This document shows positions 38,699 through 52,300 of a stretch of DNA of 64,000 nucleotides, piece by piece. This DNA comes from Bugula neritina. Lineage: Eukaryota; Animalia; Bryozoa. The translations under genes were made by a program, and so were the position numbers. The notes under the pieces were generated by a model. It had not been told where the DNA came from and made no database searches. It saw only the letters and a list, made by a program, of their open reading frames with translations. Numbering within the stretch: the first letter of the stretch is position 1; the number at the start of each line of letters is the position of its first letter. Where the stretch lies: positions 16,864,995 through 16,928,994 of the forward strand of contig OZ037765.1 of the NCBI GenBank assembly GCA_964035545.1. The letters are read 5' to 3'.

Positions 38699-40272
38699 AT
38701 AAAGTATCTGATGAGGTCACATGGCTAATAAGAATAGCGATTAAGAAGCTATTTATTATCTATTGTTGCAGTGTTATGGACATCAGCAGCATTATAGTAT
38801 AGTTTAATATCAAGTTAAAAATCCAAAACTTGAAATAGCACTAATAAAATATGCAACACTGTGCACAATTTTGCCTTTACTACATTCTTCAAACTTTAGG
38901 CCTGTTTCATCAAACTTTGATCTAACATTTGCTAGCAATTCCCAAATGGTGCCAGTAAGGATAAAATGATGCACTATATTTTATAATCAGAGTGCCTAAC
39001 TGTATATGCATATATGTAGTTTCATTCATTTTTTAAAAACCAAGTAGACAACAAATTTTTCAATTTATTATAAACTTTATTTTAAAATCATAACATAATT
39101 AACAGGAATTTGTAGATTACACAATTGAATAATATAGTGTGATAGCAATACAACTTTAACATCAATCATAATAGCTAATTATATGGCATAATATTAGACT
39201 CAATGATCTTATAACATACCTACCAATTCTTACCAAATATAATTTTGGTAGGACTAAATAAAACTAGTGAAACTTACAAAATCAGGCTTAATTGAAGCCC
39301 TCTAATTTAAGAATTTATCGTTGTTTTAATTTGCAACTAACGTCAATGATTTCGTTGATATATAAACTATTAGGTAGTAGAGTGAACGTGTGCTAACAGT
39401 ACTAATCTAACAACATAGGTTCTAATTGGGCTCAAGGAATATTACAATCACCTTTTTACAACTTATTCAACAATAAACCAGGTGGGTATGAAGACTAATA
39501 TTATGCACATACTGACTGTCAGAGGCAGACAGTAAAATATTACAAAATGAGAGCTTCTTTGAGTAAAAAACAAATTCCTGAAAATTGCAACACTTTTTAT
39601 AGTACAGTGTGAACATGAAATTAATAACTTCAATATATCAAAGCACTTACAGATACTGGTTATGAAAACTACAACAAATCTGCAATCCCTGCAGATGGAA
39701 CAGTAACCAAACACAAATATAATAGACTTTAACAACACTGGTTCAAAAACTCCACAACATTTGTGGTTTGGTTTACTAAAAATAAAATGAGAATATAATA
39801 TAGTAGTAATGATGATAATGTAGATAATATATTATATAAAGTTGAAAGTAAAACAATATATTGACTGTAACAAAGAAAACTTTTCAGCTAACAGAGATAG
39901 AGAAATACTATGTCAAGTCACAGGAAGAAATATAAAATGAAAGCTAAAACACTATTATAACAGCATGCTAAATCATGCAACTTGTAATTTAGCATGTGCA
40001 GACCTTCTGCTTAAAAATGAATCTACTTATATAAAATATATATTACTCGTTATTGCTTAAATCAATAGAACAGTGTGTAATAGTTTTACTTACATGCTTA
40101 CAAAACATCTTTTTTAGACAGAAATTCGATACAGTATTGAGTACCAAATGTAAACCTGTGTTTTTAACTTATATACAAAATATATGTAGTGGGTAAAATG
40201 TGGAGGCAAGATAAATTACTGATCCAACAACTTTGACTAGCTGGCACGTTCATATTACCACACGCCATAAAA

Positions 40273-43200
40273 CTAATAGGGAACAAAGGAAGCCGAGGCT
40301 GTAGCGTTAATGTCAGCGGGTGGACTGACGGCTCCAACACTAATTTGTGCGAAGTCTGCTGCATCTACAACACATCCAACTGTTGATTATAAGCTTGGTT
40401 ACCTTTACAACTTGTAGGTCTACCACCTTAGCAATGCATCAGATTGCAGTTTTAATGCCAAGGGCTAGACTTCATCTTGATCAAAAAAACTAACATTAAA
40501 ATTTTTTGTAACAACCATAAAGAAATTACTGTTATGCACACACCCTGATAAACTATACACAGTACTGTGTATATCAGGAGTTATTAATCATTTACTGAAT
40601 TGTTACATTATGATTCTGAAGTTTCAAAGACACATGACATTTCATGCTAGAAACATGCTAAAACCAAAGTTGTGCAGAGCTTTTTATGGGCATATTGGAA
40701 ATTACATACCAGTATTGTTATTTCAATTGTATAAACTTCAACATTACCCACTAACTACTGCAGTTATAAAAATTATTATAGAACAAAAAAATTGTTGCTT
40801 CAGTCAACATTTACAGATAACCGCGTTTATAATTTTGACAATAATTAAATTAGATTATAAAAATGGAGTCAAAAATTGCCAGACCTAGCACATAATATGC
40901 AACTGCCAATCAATAGCTATGAACATATTGCATTGAACTGATCACTTTGATTGGGTACGCGGCCTGTTCATTGATTGGTTAAGGCATCAAGCAAGGTAGT
41001 GATAATGCCAAAGACAAGTTTGATAGTTGGGTGGGTGCTAGCCAGGTCTGGCAGTAAGGTAGGGAGAAACACTGTGCTGCTGTTCTTACTTTGTATAGTT
41101 GACAATCCAGATGAAATGTCATTGTTGAGAATATATTGATTGGGGTGCAACAAATTAGCGGCAGAGACCATGCCAGGGACACCCTGCATGGAGTATGCTG
41201 CTGACAACATATTTAAATCAGCCATTCCAGGGTTGTTAGCTCCGCCTACACCTGCCATACCAGCTGCCGGCATTTGAGCAGCTGTTATAGGCTGACCCAA
41301 ATAGTTGAGTGCTCCCATCTGTAAGGGCTGCATGGCTGCCGGTAAAACACCAGGTATGACTGGTGCAGGATACACACCACCCGTACCTATTGATAGACAG
41401 AGGATAGAACAGAACATTTTAAAACAACAAAGTGTACAGTTAATACCATGCATTAACACAGCATATCTTCAATATGAGACTACATTACGGGTGCATGCTA
41501 TAATTTCAAATTCATATTTTACTGGACGTGGGCATAGTGTCCAAAAACCAAACGTATTTAGTTTCAAAAGCCATGCAAAGTTTAACCAAGAAATAATCGA
41601 GTAAAACATGGTTCATCACTTGTTAGTTGCTAGAGATAAGATGGTTGATCATCAACAATTTATGGTGCGAAGCTTCTAATTACCAGGCTATCAGCATCTC
41701 TTGAAAATACTCGGATGAAAAATGCGCGATAAATGAGATGAAGCTTCATTACTAGAATGCAAAGCATAGCTGATAGAGAGAGGGACAAACATAAATTAAC
41801 AAATCAACTAAACTTGGTTAATTCTTGTAAACTTTTAAAATACTCTCTTACCCATTAATTAAAGTGGTATATTATTTCCATGAACTTCTACACAAACATT
41901 AAAAGATAAATATACAAGTTTTGACTCCCATCATAGACGGAGAGATAAAGTTTTATAGTCACCATCCACAACTACGTGAGCTAAAAATTTACCCAAGCAC
42001 TTATGATGCACCAAATATCACAAACATAGTCAAGATAATTGGTCATTAGAGACACTATGGCTGTGACGTACCGTCGTAAGGCAATCCCAGAGACATCAAG
42101 ACATACTCAGCAGCATAGTTTTGTGCCTCTTCTACTGTTCGGCACACCTTGTTGGGGACATATGTACCCGCCCCTGGAGTAGTATTAGCTATACCAGGTA
42201 TCACCACCTACAAATATACACATGTGAGATATACCTATACATAGTTTCTTCTATTTGCTTTCTTTCAATGCCAGAATGGTGAGCTATACATTTGCTTTCC
42301 TATGATATGCCTATACACCTTTTACACTGCTTTCAACTACATATGTGCATGTTCAAATGACACCAGCGTCTTGCTTCATGAAATTTGTAAATTAGTAACT
42401 AAATGCTAGGGCTAAATATTAAATAAGGCTCCGTAGTTATGGTCTGTTCCAAAGTCTGAGAAACTTTGTTGTCCCAAATTGCTAAACTAGCATATTATAA
42501 AGAACACAAAATTAGAAATAATTAGCAACAAGAAACAAATAATGACGTGGAGCTGACTATGGTCTGAAAGAAAGTAATACCAGCATATGCATTTAAGCCT
42601 CTGACAAAATGATGATTTCCAATATTGGTGAAGTAGCATTCATCATTGGAACTCAAGAAATAACCGTGAATACAACTAATTCTTTTACTTGTGACTAGTT
42701 GAAATTAAGAGAAAATTATTTACTATTCAAAATGAGATAAATGAGTATTGTATTGGTACGGCATCAAAAACAATATAACCTAGATTCAGAGTAGCCGAAA
42801 GACCTCTAAATCTAAATAAATATGTTAAATATAAGCTTTAATAACAAATATAATAGGTATGAAGTCAATAATTATAATTAGTTTAAAACTGATAGAGCAG
42901 AAACTCTGTAAATAAAATTTCCCCATTACGCATTAGCAAGCTGTCTGCAAGTTATAAAAAAATCATACTTTATCTGAAAAAGTGCTTAAAATGAATATTT
43001 ATAGTAAGTAAGCAGCAGCCCGCAGTTTATTCTGCATTGCATAAAATGAAACTTACTAAAGCCAAGTTTGCAGCATGTTCCCTATAATTATGCAAGCAAA
43101 AGAAACTTTAGTACTAAGTGCACCTACACCTCAATACTCACAAAACTAGATGAGGACAGAGACTAGTGACTTTAAAAGCTATAATAAATGAGCAAGCAAC

Positions 43201-46200
43201 AGTAAAACACTCTTTGTTATTCTAGAAAGGCAAGAAATCAACAGCTAGATACAAAGAACTGCTTGAATGAATAAATAGGAATTACCCTGCCATGTAAATC
43301 AAACAGAGTGTGCTGAGGGCAGCTAGGAGGGTGTATAGCAAGAGGGAGAAGCATATACTGTAGAAAGTGTTTATAGTATGAAGTATTAAGGTGAAGCAAA
43401 GCATTAAATATAACATGAATACATACTTTGAAAAGAAATAGTTGAACAGGTTCTTTAGAAGATCCATCAGCTGACAGAGTGCTGTTGAGTTGATACACTG
43501 GTATGCCCCACCCCAGCATCTGACACAGTCTTTCTAATACCTAGTGATTGTATGTATAATTTATCATCTAACGTCTTTTACTACTTTTATAGGCAATAAA
43601 GTCAAAAAAGTAGCCATAGGTTGAAAAACATTGTGCAATTATAGATAGTAGAACCCCTTCCAACCAATATTAAGTAAAAACAAGACTGCTTTCAAGTTTG
43701 TGATAGAAAGAACAGAGCAGCTGGGCCACCAACAAACCTATCACTCATCATTAATTAGCAAATGAAACCCAGAAAATCTATCATTTTTCACAAGCAACAA
43801 GCTTGTAACAATTCAACCAGAAATTATATAATTTAGAATCGTTTATTCATTGTGATAATCGCCATTTGCACAAGATTAATGAAAGCTTGTATATATACAG
43901 TATAATTATTAGGCATAATTTGAGTATCAAATTTAAATCAAGGCCTCTGCATGTGAGACTACACCCTGCAACTGCATCAGGGCTGAATGATCAAGACCTC
44001 CCATAAGTGTGTGGTGGAAAACTTCAATGTTCATCAGAATGAAGTTTAATAGAGAGTACACAGTTGTGTTGTTAAATTAGCAAAATATCTACTTAAAGTG
44101 TGTTTGATTTTGAAACTGGATGAAGCAAATTACTTTAACATGATTATTTTTAGATGCGGCAATATTGCAATAATGATTAGAAGCAATAAAACTTACATTT
44201 GTGAATTTAGATATGAAACTCATTATTTTCTTCTAAATTATGTTCACATTTTTACCAAGTTTTTACTGTACAGATGGCAAACATTTTTCAGATGATATAC
44301 TCTATGCACTAATATGAAGTAGATAATTTCAGGTGTCACAAGGCCAGGACCAGGCAAAGCTTGAACACAATAAGGAACATACAAGGGTCACTGTCTGGAT
44401 ATGGCAGAGGCTGGGCGTGGAGGGAGAAGGGAAGAGCTTTGTTAGTTGTACCTGAGCAGACTGTTTGTGAGGGCCAGTTAGGAGATTACTGGCAGCGACA
44501 GTAGCAGCGGCAGCCGGAGCATCTACGCCAATCACACCAGAAGAAAGTAGTTTTCCATCGCGGGTGTAGTTTAAAGGGGGTACATCTACAGTTGGTGTTG
44601 GTAAAGGCAGAGGGAGAGCAGCCTGTTGACAAGAAGCCAATTTTAGGCAAATTTAGAATTAATAGATTTTATAGCATCTATAACCACTACGCCAACTAAA
44701 CACTTGATGGTGTACCTAATGACATTCACCAAATCATGGAATACTTGAAAATAGAAATGTGTGTAGTTGAGGCAAGAAAATTTGAATATGCAACTTCGAT
44801 GTCAAACACACTATAGAAAGTACTGTGGGGTTGTATATACACAAGTTGAATATGAGAAATTGTGCACTCAGTCAAACAAATATGAACGAAAAAATTGCTA
44901 GCCAGTCTGAAATTAAGTATGCTCGATGCATGCATAATAAATATTACATTGGCAGCTAAATGAAACAGAATTAAGCTAGATGATTACTTTAGAAATAATC
45001 TTATCAGTTCTTAAGCAAGAAGAGCAAACACAAAGCACTCTAGGAGCAATAAGAAAGTCTCTGTAGCAAACCAAATCAATCTGACAATGACTTGATTACT
45101 GTATAGAGACAATTCTGTTTGTCCAGCACTCGTACTGGTATAACAGTGTCTCAGCCAGCCAATGCCTGAGTAGATGACTTACTCAAGTGGAATACACTAG
45201 CCTCCTAAGCGTGTTGTCTCCTAGACTTAGCATATTTATTATATCACTGTATAATTTGAATAAATATCTATTGTAATCTAACAAGCTCAGCAAACTATCC
45301 ATTTGATATGGTTGCCATTGCTGTTAAGCTGCATGAAAAAGATGGCATGTTTTATCTTTCAGCTATTGTCAAGAAGAGACCAAAATTTTTCACTTCTCAA
45401 CTTTTTTTACAAATTCTACCTTGCAGAACAAAAATATACATCCTGAAAAAAACAAATACAAATCCAGGAGTGTAGTAATACCAGAGCATAGTATTACCAG
45501 AGTGTAGTAATACCAAAGTGTAGTAATACTAGAGCCAGCAGTATGTGAAGTTAACTGAAATGATCATTTGATGTTGGAAACTTGGTGAATAAAAATGTAG
45601 ATTTGAACATATAGACAAAATTGTGATATTCCAGCTTCACAAAGATGAGAAGCAAAATCTAGCATTTGTATTCTGAGTAAATTTGCTCGAGAGTGAATTG
45701 GTAAATAAATGGTAAATAATTTCAATAGAGAAGGAGACAGTATTGGCAGCAGATCTTAATTTTCTATAAAATCTATAATTTTTGTTTAAACAAAACAGCT
45801 AATCGATAGATGCAAGCACCAAATCTCAGACATATTATCAATTAACATCCATAGCAGCTCTCTCATTCCTTCATAAGCCTACACAACACACAGCATGTAA
45901 GTGGCTAATAAAGTCAATATATTGCATAGAAATACTGCACTAAAAGTTAGGATTATGTTCATTGAACTCATAGACTGTGCAGTTTTTTCGAACTTAGTTA
46001 TCTCCATGACCTAATCTATGCCACGAATAGAGGAGCTACACAGTGGCATTAAGTTATTAATTTTATTCCATAGGATAGGCTCTGTTGAATATATCAAGTT
46101 TGAATGGAAATATGTCATAATTAAGATTAATATTTTTTAATTGCACATATTATTCAATTTACTAATTTTTTACACCAAATTTATGTTCTATTCCCTAAAA

Positions 46201-49200
46201 TAAAGCCACCACCCACACTACTCTACATATGCTATAATCACACCACAGATATTAAGTCAACTAGCTGAATTATTACCTCAACCATCAGAGGTTTTGTCTT
46301 TCAGACTCTTGTAACTCACCTCGGCAGGGGAAGAACTTTTCCTTCTTGCGCCGTAGAGTCTAGCACTGGCAGCTCGAGAGCCGGCAGCACCACGCCCTCT
46401 GCCCGCTCTAATTGGAGTCTGCTGACGGTTTGCCAATCCTCTACTCATCAATGGTGCACTGGCAGTCAGGGTACCGGCTAGCCCCAGATCACTACAATAG
46501 CCAAACTGTTGGTGAAAACTCTATAATGAACCTTTAGATTACTGGGTGGGTAGGTATGAATTTGAAGTTTTTGGGTATAGAACTGGTTCCAATATGAGAA
46601 GTTGCCTACTATTGAAATAAAGCAAGCAGATGGGAAACCCAAATTTTACAAATCAAAAATAATACGTACAAATTAAATCTGACATTTAAATTGCTGCAAA
46701 TAATGGGAAGCTATTAGGCCACTGAACTATAAATCAGCCCAACTTAGTTTGGCCCAACTTCAAGTTCAGCTTAGTGGCCCAATTTCGACAGCTAAAATTT
46801 GAGAAATATGATTAGCAATAATTTCTGAGTGACACACTGTAAGAATTAAGCAGTAAAATCTACTAGCATTGCAAGGCTGACGATTAAGAGCAAATGAAAT
46901 ATAAGGAAAGAACATTCTGGTAAAGTTTTGGTGAGGGTATATACATTATCAAGAGGTAGTACTAGAAGTTGGTCATGGAACGTCTCACCTTTGTGGCAGA
47001 GCAGCATGTAACTGTGCATAGTAGGCATTCAATGTTTGTGGGTCAAAAGCTGGAATCATGTTCTGTAATCATAAAATCATTCCGATTGATCATAGAGAGC
47101 ACAACTCTCCACTATAATTATTTTGATTATTGATAATTATGGACTCCCAGAGCCAGGTTTGAAACATTTTGTAAATCTATAATATTGGCTACGAAAATTA
47201 TGCCAAGTTAGTGTTAGATAATCCGGTTTCTTATTTACAGCTAGTGTTAGGAATTGAGTGATGGTTGGAGGCATTGGGGACAATTAATGGTTCTTAGCCC
47301 ATTAGTATGGGTAAGTGAACTAAATTTGAATCATTATTCAAGTTGAAATTATATTTGAAGACTGTATTTAGAATAAGAGTTGAGAAGTTAGTGATAAACA
47401 CATGATTTGAAAATCTTTGAATACAGTTTAATTTTTATAGACTTTGATTGAATGTAGTGGCAAATTATTAGTGTGGTATTCATAGGAATTGCCACAAATG
47501 ATAACATTAAACAAGGGAAGATATGCAGAGCTAACTATACTCTATATCAACACTAATAGCATAACAATTTGATGTCCAAATGTAAAGTGAAATCAAACCC
47601 TCAACTAACATGCACAAACACTATGCTACTTAAAAGAAAATAATGAAATTGAGAAAAAGAACATTAAATTTATATGTATGAAGAATAGAGTTGAATTTTA
47701 TTGAAATAAAAATGTTTAATTGGGGTGAAAGACCAAAACAAGCTCCCTTCTAAGTAAAGCATGCATAATAAAACGTATTAGTAATTACATTAACATTAGC
47801 ATAAGTACGATATTGCTAATATACTACTATGTAACATATGCACAAGCTAATCATAAATATAGAATAATCATATAACACAATTCTTGGATATAAAACACAG
47901 TATTGATGACCCTAATTGAAGATAATTTGAAGGCTGCACGCTAACTTGAATAAAACAGGGAATATTTATGCATTTTGCTAGTGTTTGTATGAATGCATCA
48001 TCACAAACATTACTTTAAATATTTGACTTTCTGATTATCTGGGAGATTGAAACTGATTGAGTTAATAAGTAATATAGCAAGCTAGTCAAAGTGATTGCCC
48101 AGCATAAGGTAAATAGACCTGCACTGGGCATTAATGTGTAAATATTTCAGCAAGTGCAGTGCAGGCTGATTACAAATAAACTGGTGATGAGCCTTATAAT
48201 TTCATTTATCATTTGTTCTGATACAGTTTTAGTTCCAGTCAGAACTGAGGATTTATGCTGAAGCCTAAGACCACAATACTTGTTCACATATATACATAAT
48301 CATTGAGCTAAAAATGATGAACTTCACTTTGATAAACAATTATTTTTTAGTATTTATTCATTTAGCCTGCAAATCTGAACAAAAATTCATTTCATGCATT
48401 CTGAATATTAGAATTGCCTCCCCTATAGGATAAAGAACACTAAAAGCATATTATATTGTATAGGGAGTAGGCAGTAATTTATTGAGATGGCTGTTTAAAA
48501 GAATATAATTTGTTGCTAGAGTACCTAACAGGAAAGGAAAACTGGTGAGAGTGACATTGCTTCACTTTAATAATAATTTTAACCTTCACTACTACAACTG
48601 AAGCAATGCAGTATGCATGGGGCACTTACAATTGAATGTCATGAATTGGATCATTTTCCACAGCAAATTGTAAATGTGATAAAATGATAATAAAGTTAGT
48701 AAAAGTTGGTTTAAAGGAAAGTTGATATAAAGTAAAAATTTCAATAAAAGACTCACTGGAAAGAATGGACTCGCTGTCAATGCAGCTTGCTGGGCATCAT
48801 TATTGGCCGATTTATTCTTGTTCTGTCTTGAAGGGTCATTCTTGTCCACAGGTTTGGCCAGCACCACTTCAACCTTAGACCCGTCTATTTCTTTGCCTAA
48901 ACATTACACTAGCTGACTTATATGATCCATACTCCTTTCCCAAGACTTAAGCCCTGGCCACACGATCGTGAGAATCACACGAAATCGTCTATTTGACACG
49001 AAAAAACATTCGTACGAGAAAATTTGAGGGAATTCAAACGAAATCGTCATCGTTGGGTGTGCACAACGATGACGATGGACGAAAAATCACAATCGACGAT
49101 AAGTACCATTTGATTGGTCAATAGAATTTTAGCAACAGTGATTATTTCATTTCTACTAAGTTTCTCTATTTGGCAATGTTCTGCTGCTTGTATCTCGTGC

Positions 49201-49273
49201 AAGACTCATTCACGGACTAATAAAAATGACTTGTTGCCATCACAGTGGTATATATTATAAGGGTATATATATA

Positions 49274-49371
<98 letters not shown>

Positions 49372-52300
49372 GCACGCCAAATAATTACTACAAATTTCAA
49401 AAATAGCATAAATTAAGTAGTATTACTATGCCTATTTGCATCCGATTTACTAGTCTTACATTTATAGCAACTGTAAAGTATTTTGCGTAAAATAGCTATT
49501 GCAAGCATTATTCAATTCATATTCACATGGTAATCACAGCGAAGCTTAAACTTTATAGCTTTGTATTTACGTGCATGAGTGAGTTTTAATTTTTTTTTCA
49601 TTTTATATGCATAAAAAATGTTTTTAAAAATTTTACCAATAAACAAAACTAAAAAAATGTACACATAAAATACCAAAAAAATAACAAAAATAGCAAAATT
49701 TTTCCTTTTTAACTTATATAAACTTGCGGTACCAATCTCGGCATAATGACTTTTCGTTTAAACGATCATGTGGCTGGTCAATACGAAAAGATAACTCACG
49801 AATAATCGTCACACGAGTTTCGTGTCATTCTCACGATCGTGTGGCCAGGGCTTTATTCATGTCATGATCATTTATTAAAACGAATCAAAAAGTTTAGACA
49901 AGTGTGATAGAACGTAGTTTGCAATAAACTTCATACATATCCTACTATAACACATTATAATACATGACACACTATTTCGTGCTGCTAACCAACAATTTCT
50001 GAAATTTAGTAATAACTTGCTGAATTGATAACAGTTGAATTGGTTAAGGGTAGAATTATCTTATGTAGGTGAAGTTAGTCACCAAATCTACCTAACTTAA
50101 TTGCATTTATACTTAAGTTAGCATATCACTGTATAGTTGAAGCTGAACATTAAACATGGTTATCTCTATCTGGAGGCGGTTTGTTTGCCATCTAGCAGCT
50201 GTAGTGGTACTCATACTGTACAGCCAATATACACTTCTATCTCACACAACTACAACCTTATCTATAGGCTATGTGTACCAGAACAAACAATTAGCCAGAT
50301 AACGGAGAATATAACTTATCAACTCTGGACTTTATACACAATATAGAATATCATCCCAAGTGACTGACACACCCCCTTATCTAGAGCTAACATTAGTTGT
50401 GGATAACTATGGTGGCTTCAGTAATAATTATCATGGCACTCAATACTGGCACTCTGTAGCTTAATGGAGTAAGGAAAGATGGGGAAAATTGAAGAGCACA
50501 GTAGCCAAGAAAATTTCTAACTTCAAATATAGCCATGGCTTATATACTTATATCACCTAAATCCTAATACATGTCAAATTAACCAAATTAATTTCTACGT
50601 AATTTAAAGTTGGGCCAAGAGAAGAGAGTGGAGATGCTTTTTTTCATTAAATATTAAAACAATACAACTTAAAAGTTAATAATTTGTTCTTCTTAGGTGC
50701 ACCATTATATTATATTCATAAGACATTGTATAAGAATTAAAGTTCAAATTATTCTCTAAAATCTTTGCTTTATAACACTTTTTAGGACAGATTTCTAGCC
50801 ATAATGTGCCTTCATGGCGTTGAGAAACCTCATTTGCAGTAAAATATGGTGTGCACACAGCTTTATTGATCCAAAACCTTACAAGACACAAAATTGTCAA
50901 CTTGAAATGCAGTTATAAAATTAGATTCTCCAAAAAACTAATAATAGTAACAGTATTCTAAAACAGAATGATAAGCAAATTTTAAACTTTAAAAAACTCA
51001 AAACCGATGATACTGCAGCAAAATTTATTGATATATTATATCATTTTCTTGGATGTTTTGTTGGTATCTATGCACAAATCAGAGCATAAAAATGTCAATA
51101 AGAATTTGGTCACACCTACTTGTTAGTCTCCTCAGTTTTTATACAGACATTATTTGTGACATACAAGTTGCAGCCTAAAGATTACGATATCTGACACACC
51201 TCTATTTGAACTCCTGACAAAATTATGGCACGGATGCAAAAACAGGTATAGTACTTAGGGAGATATCACCTTATAGCAAGTGGTGGGAAATTAAACTCCA
51301 CCTACCAAAAGTTTAATCAAACTTACTGATATACTCTACTATACTACAAAACTGTAAGTTAGAGGGCATGCATATACCTACAGTATGTGGCATAGATGCA
51401 CTCTTGCTATGAGAAGGAAGATGAACCTCAATGATATTATATTTATACAATAGCAAGCTGATTAGATGCCATCCAAATTTAACTTTATTCCCATCTATGT
51501 ATTAGAAATTGTGATCATAATTTTGTATTTATTAAAAATAAGGAAAGAGCTAATGTGAAATTGAGATTGGCCAAAAGCAATAGAAAGAAGAGTTTTATTG
51601 TAGCCATTTGCCAGAACTGTTGTATGTAACAGTGGTGTGCTTTCACTGCCCAAAAACTCTTTGATTAATCATAATATAGAGTAGAGAATTAGAACTTTGA
51701 CAGACAGCTTAAAAAGCAAGGACAACTTTTTGATGAAACTTCTCCCAACAATACAGAGCCAGAAATCAATGCTAAGTGCCTACTCATGTAAAAATACGCT
51801 TTAGGTTATCGTTATATTTTGTGAAAAAGGAATTATTTGCTAGAATGTTCTCAAAGAAAGCAGGTAAGAAAGCAACCTTCCTGCTAAAGTATGCATAACC
51901 CAATACAACACTACATAAACTTGTAACAAGCCTACCATTCAGAGCCTTTAGGGCACGAAGAGCTTCCTCTCGCTCAGAAAAATGCACGAAGGCATAATCT
52001 TTAAGCTTCTTCACTCTTTCCACCACTTTCTTGCCTGGAGGCTGGGGCTCTGCGGCATTGGTGAACACTTCTTCTAGGTGATCTTCTGTTGTACTCAGCA
52101 TCAGGTTACGCACATACAATATCTTCACCTGAAACAGGGTGAAACATGCTTTAGATTATGTAAATCTACACAATATATGGTATGTCATTTCTTAGGATTT
52201 TGGGAATCATGTTAGCTAAAAATTGTAACGGAAATTATTTTTTGCAGCACAAGATATTATTATTATTATTATAAAATCTGTACTGGCAAAGGTGTTCATC

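Noticed and set aside
45464-45535. Short direct repeats (also 3068-3140, 17460-17530, 20704-20767) as CRISPR-like arrays
   Set aside because: Head-to-tail minisatellites with no unique spacers and no cas genes, in a eukaryotic context.
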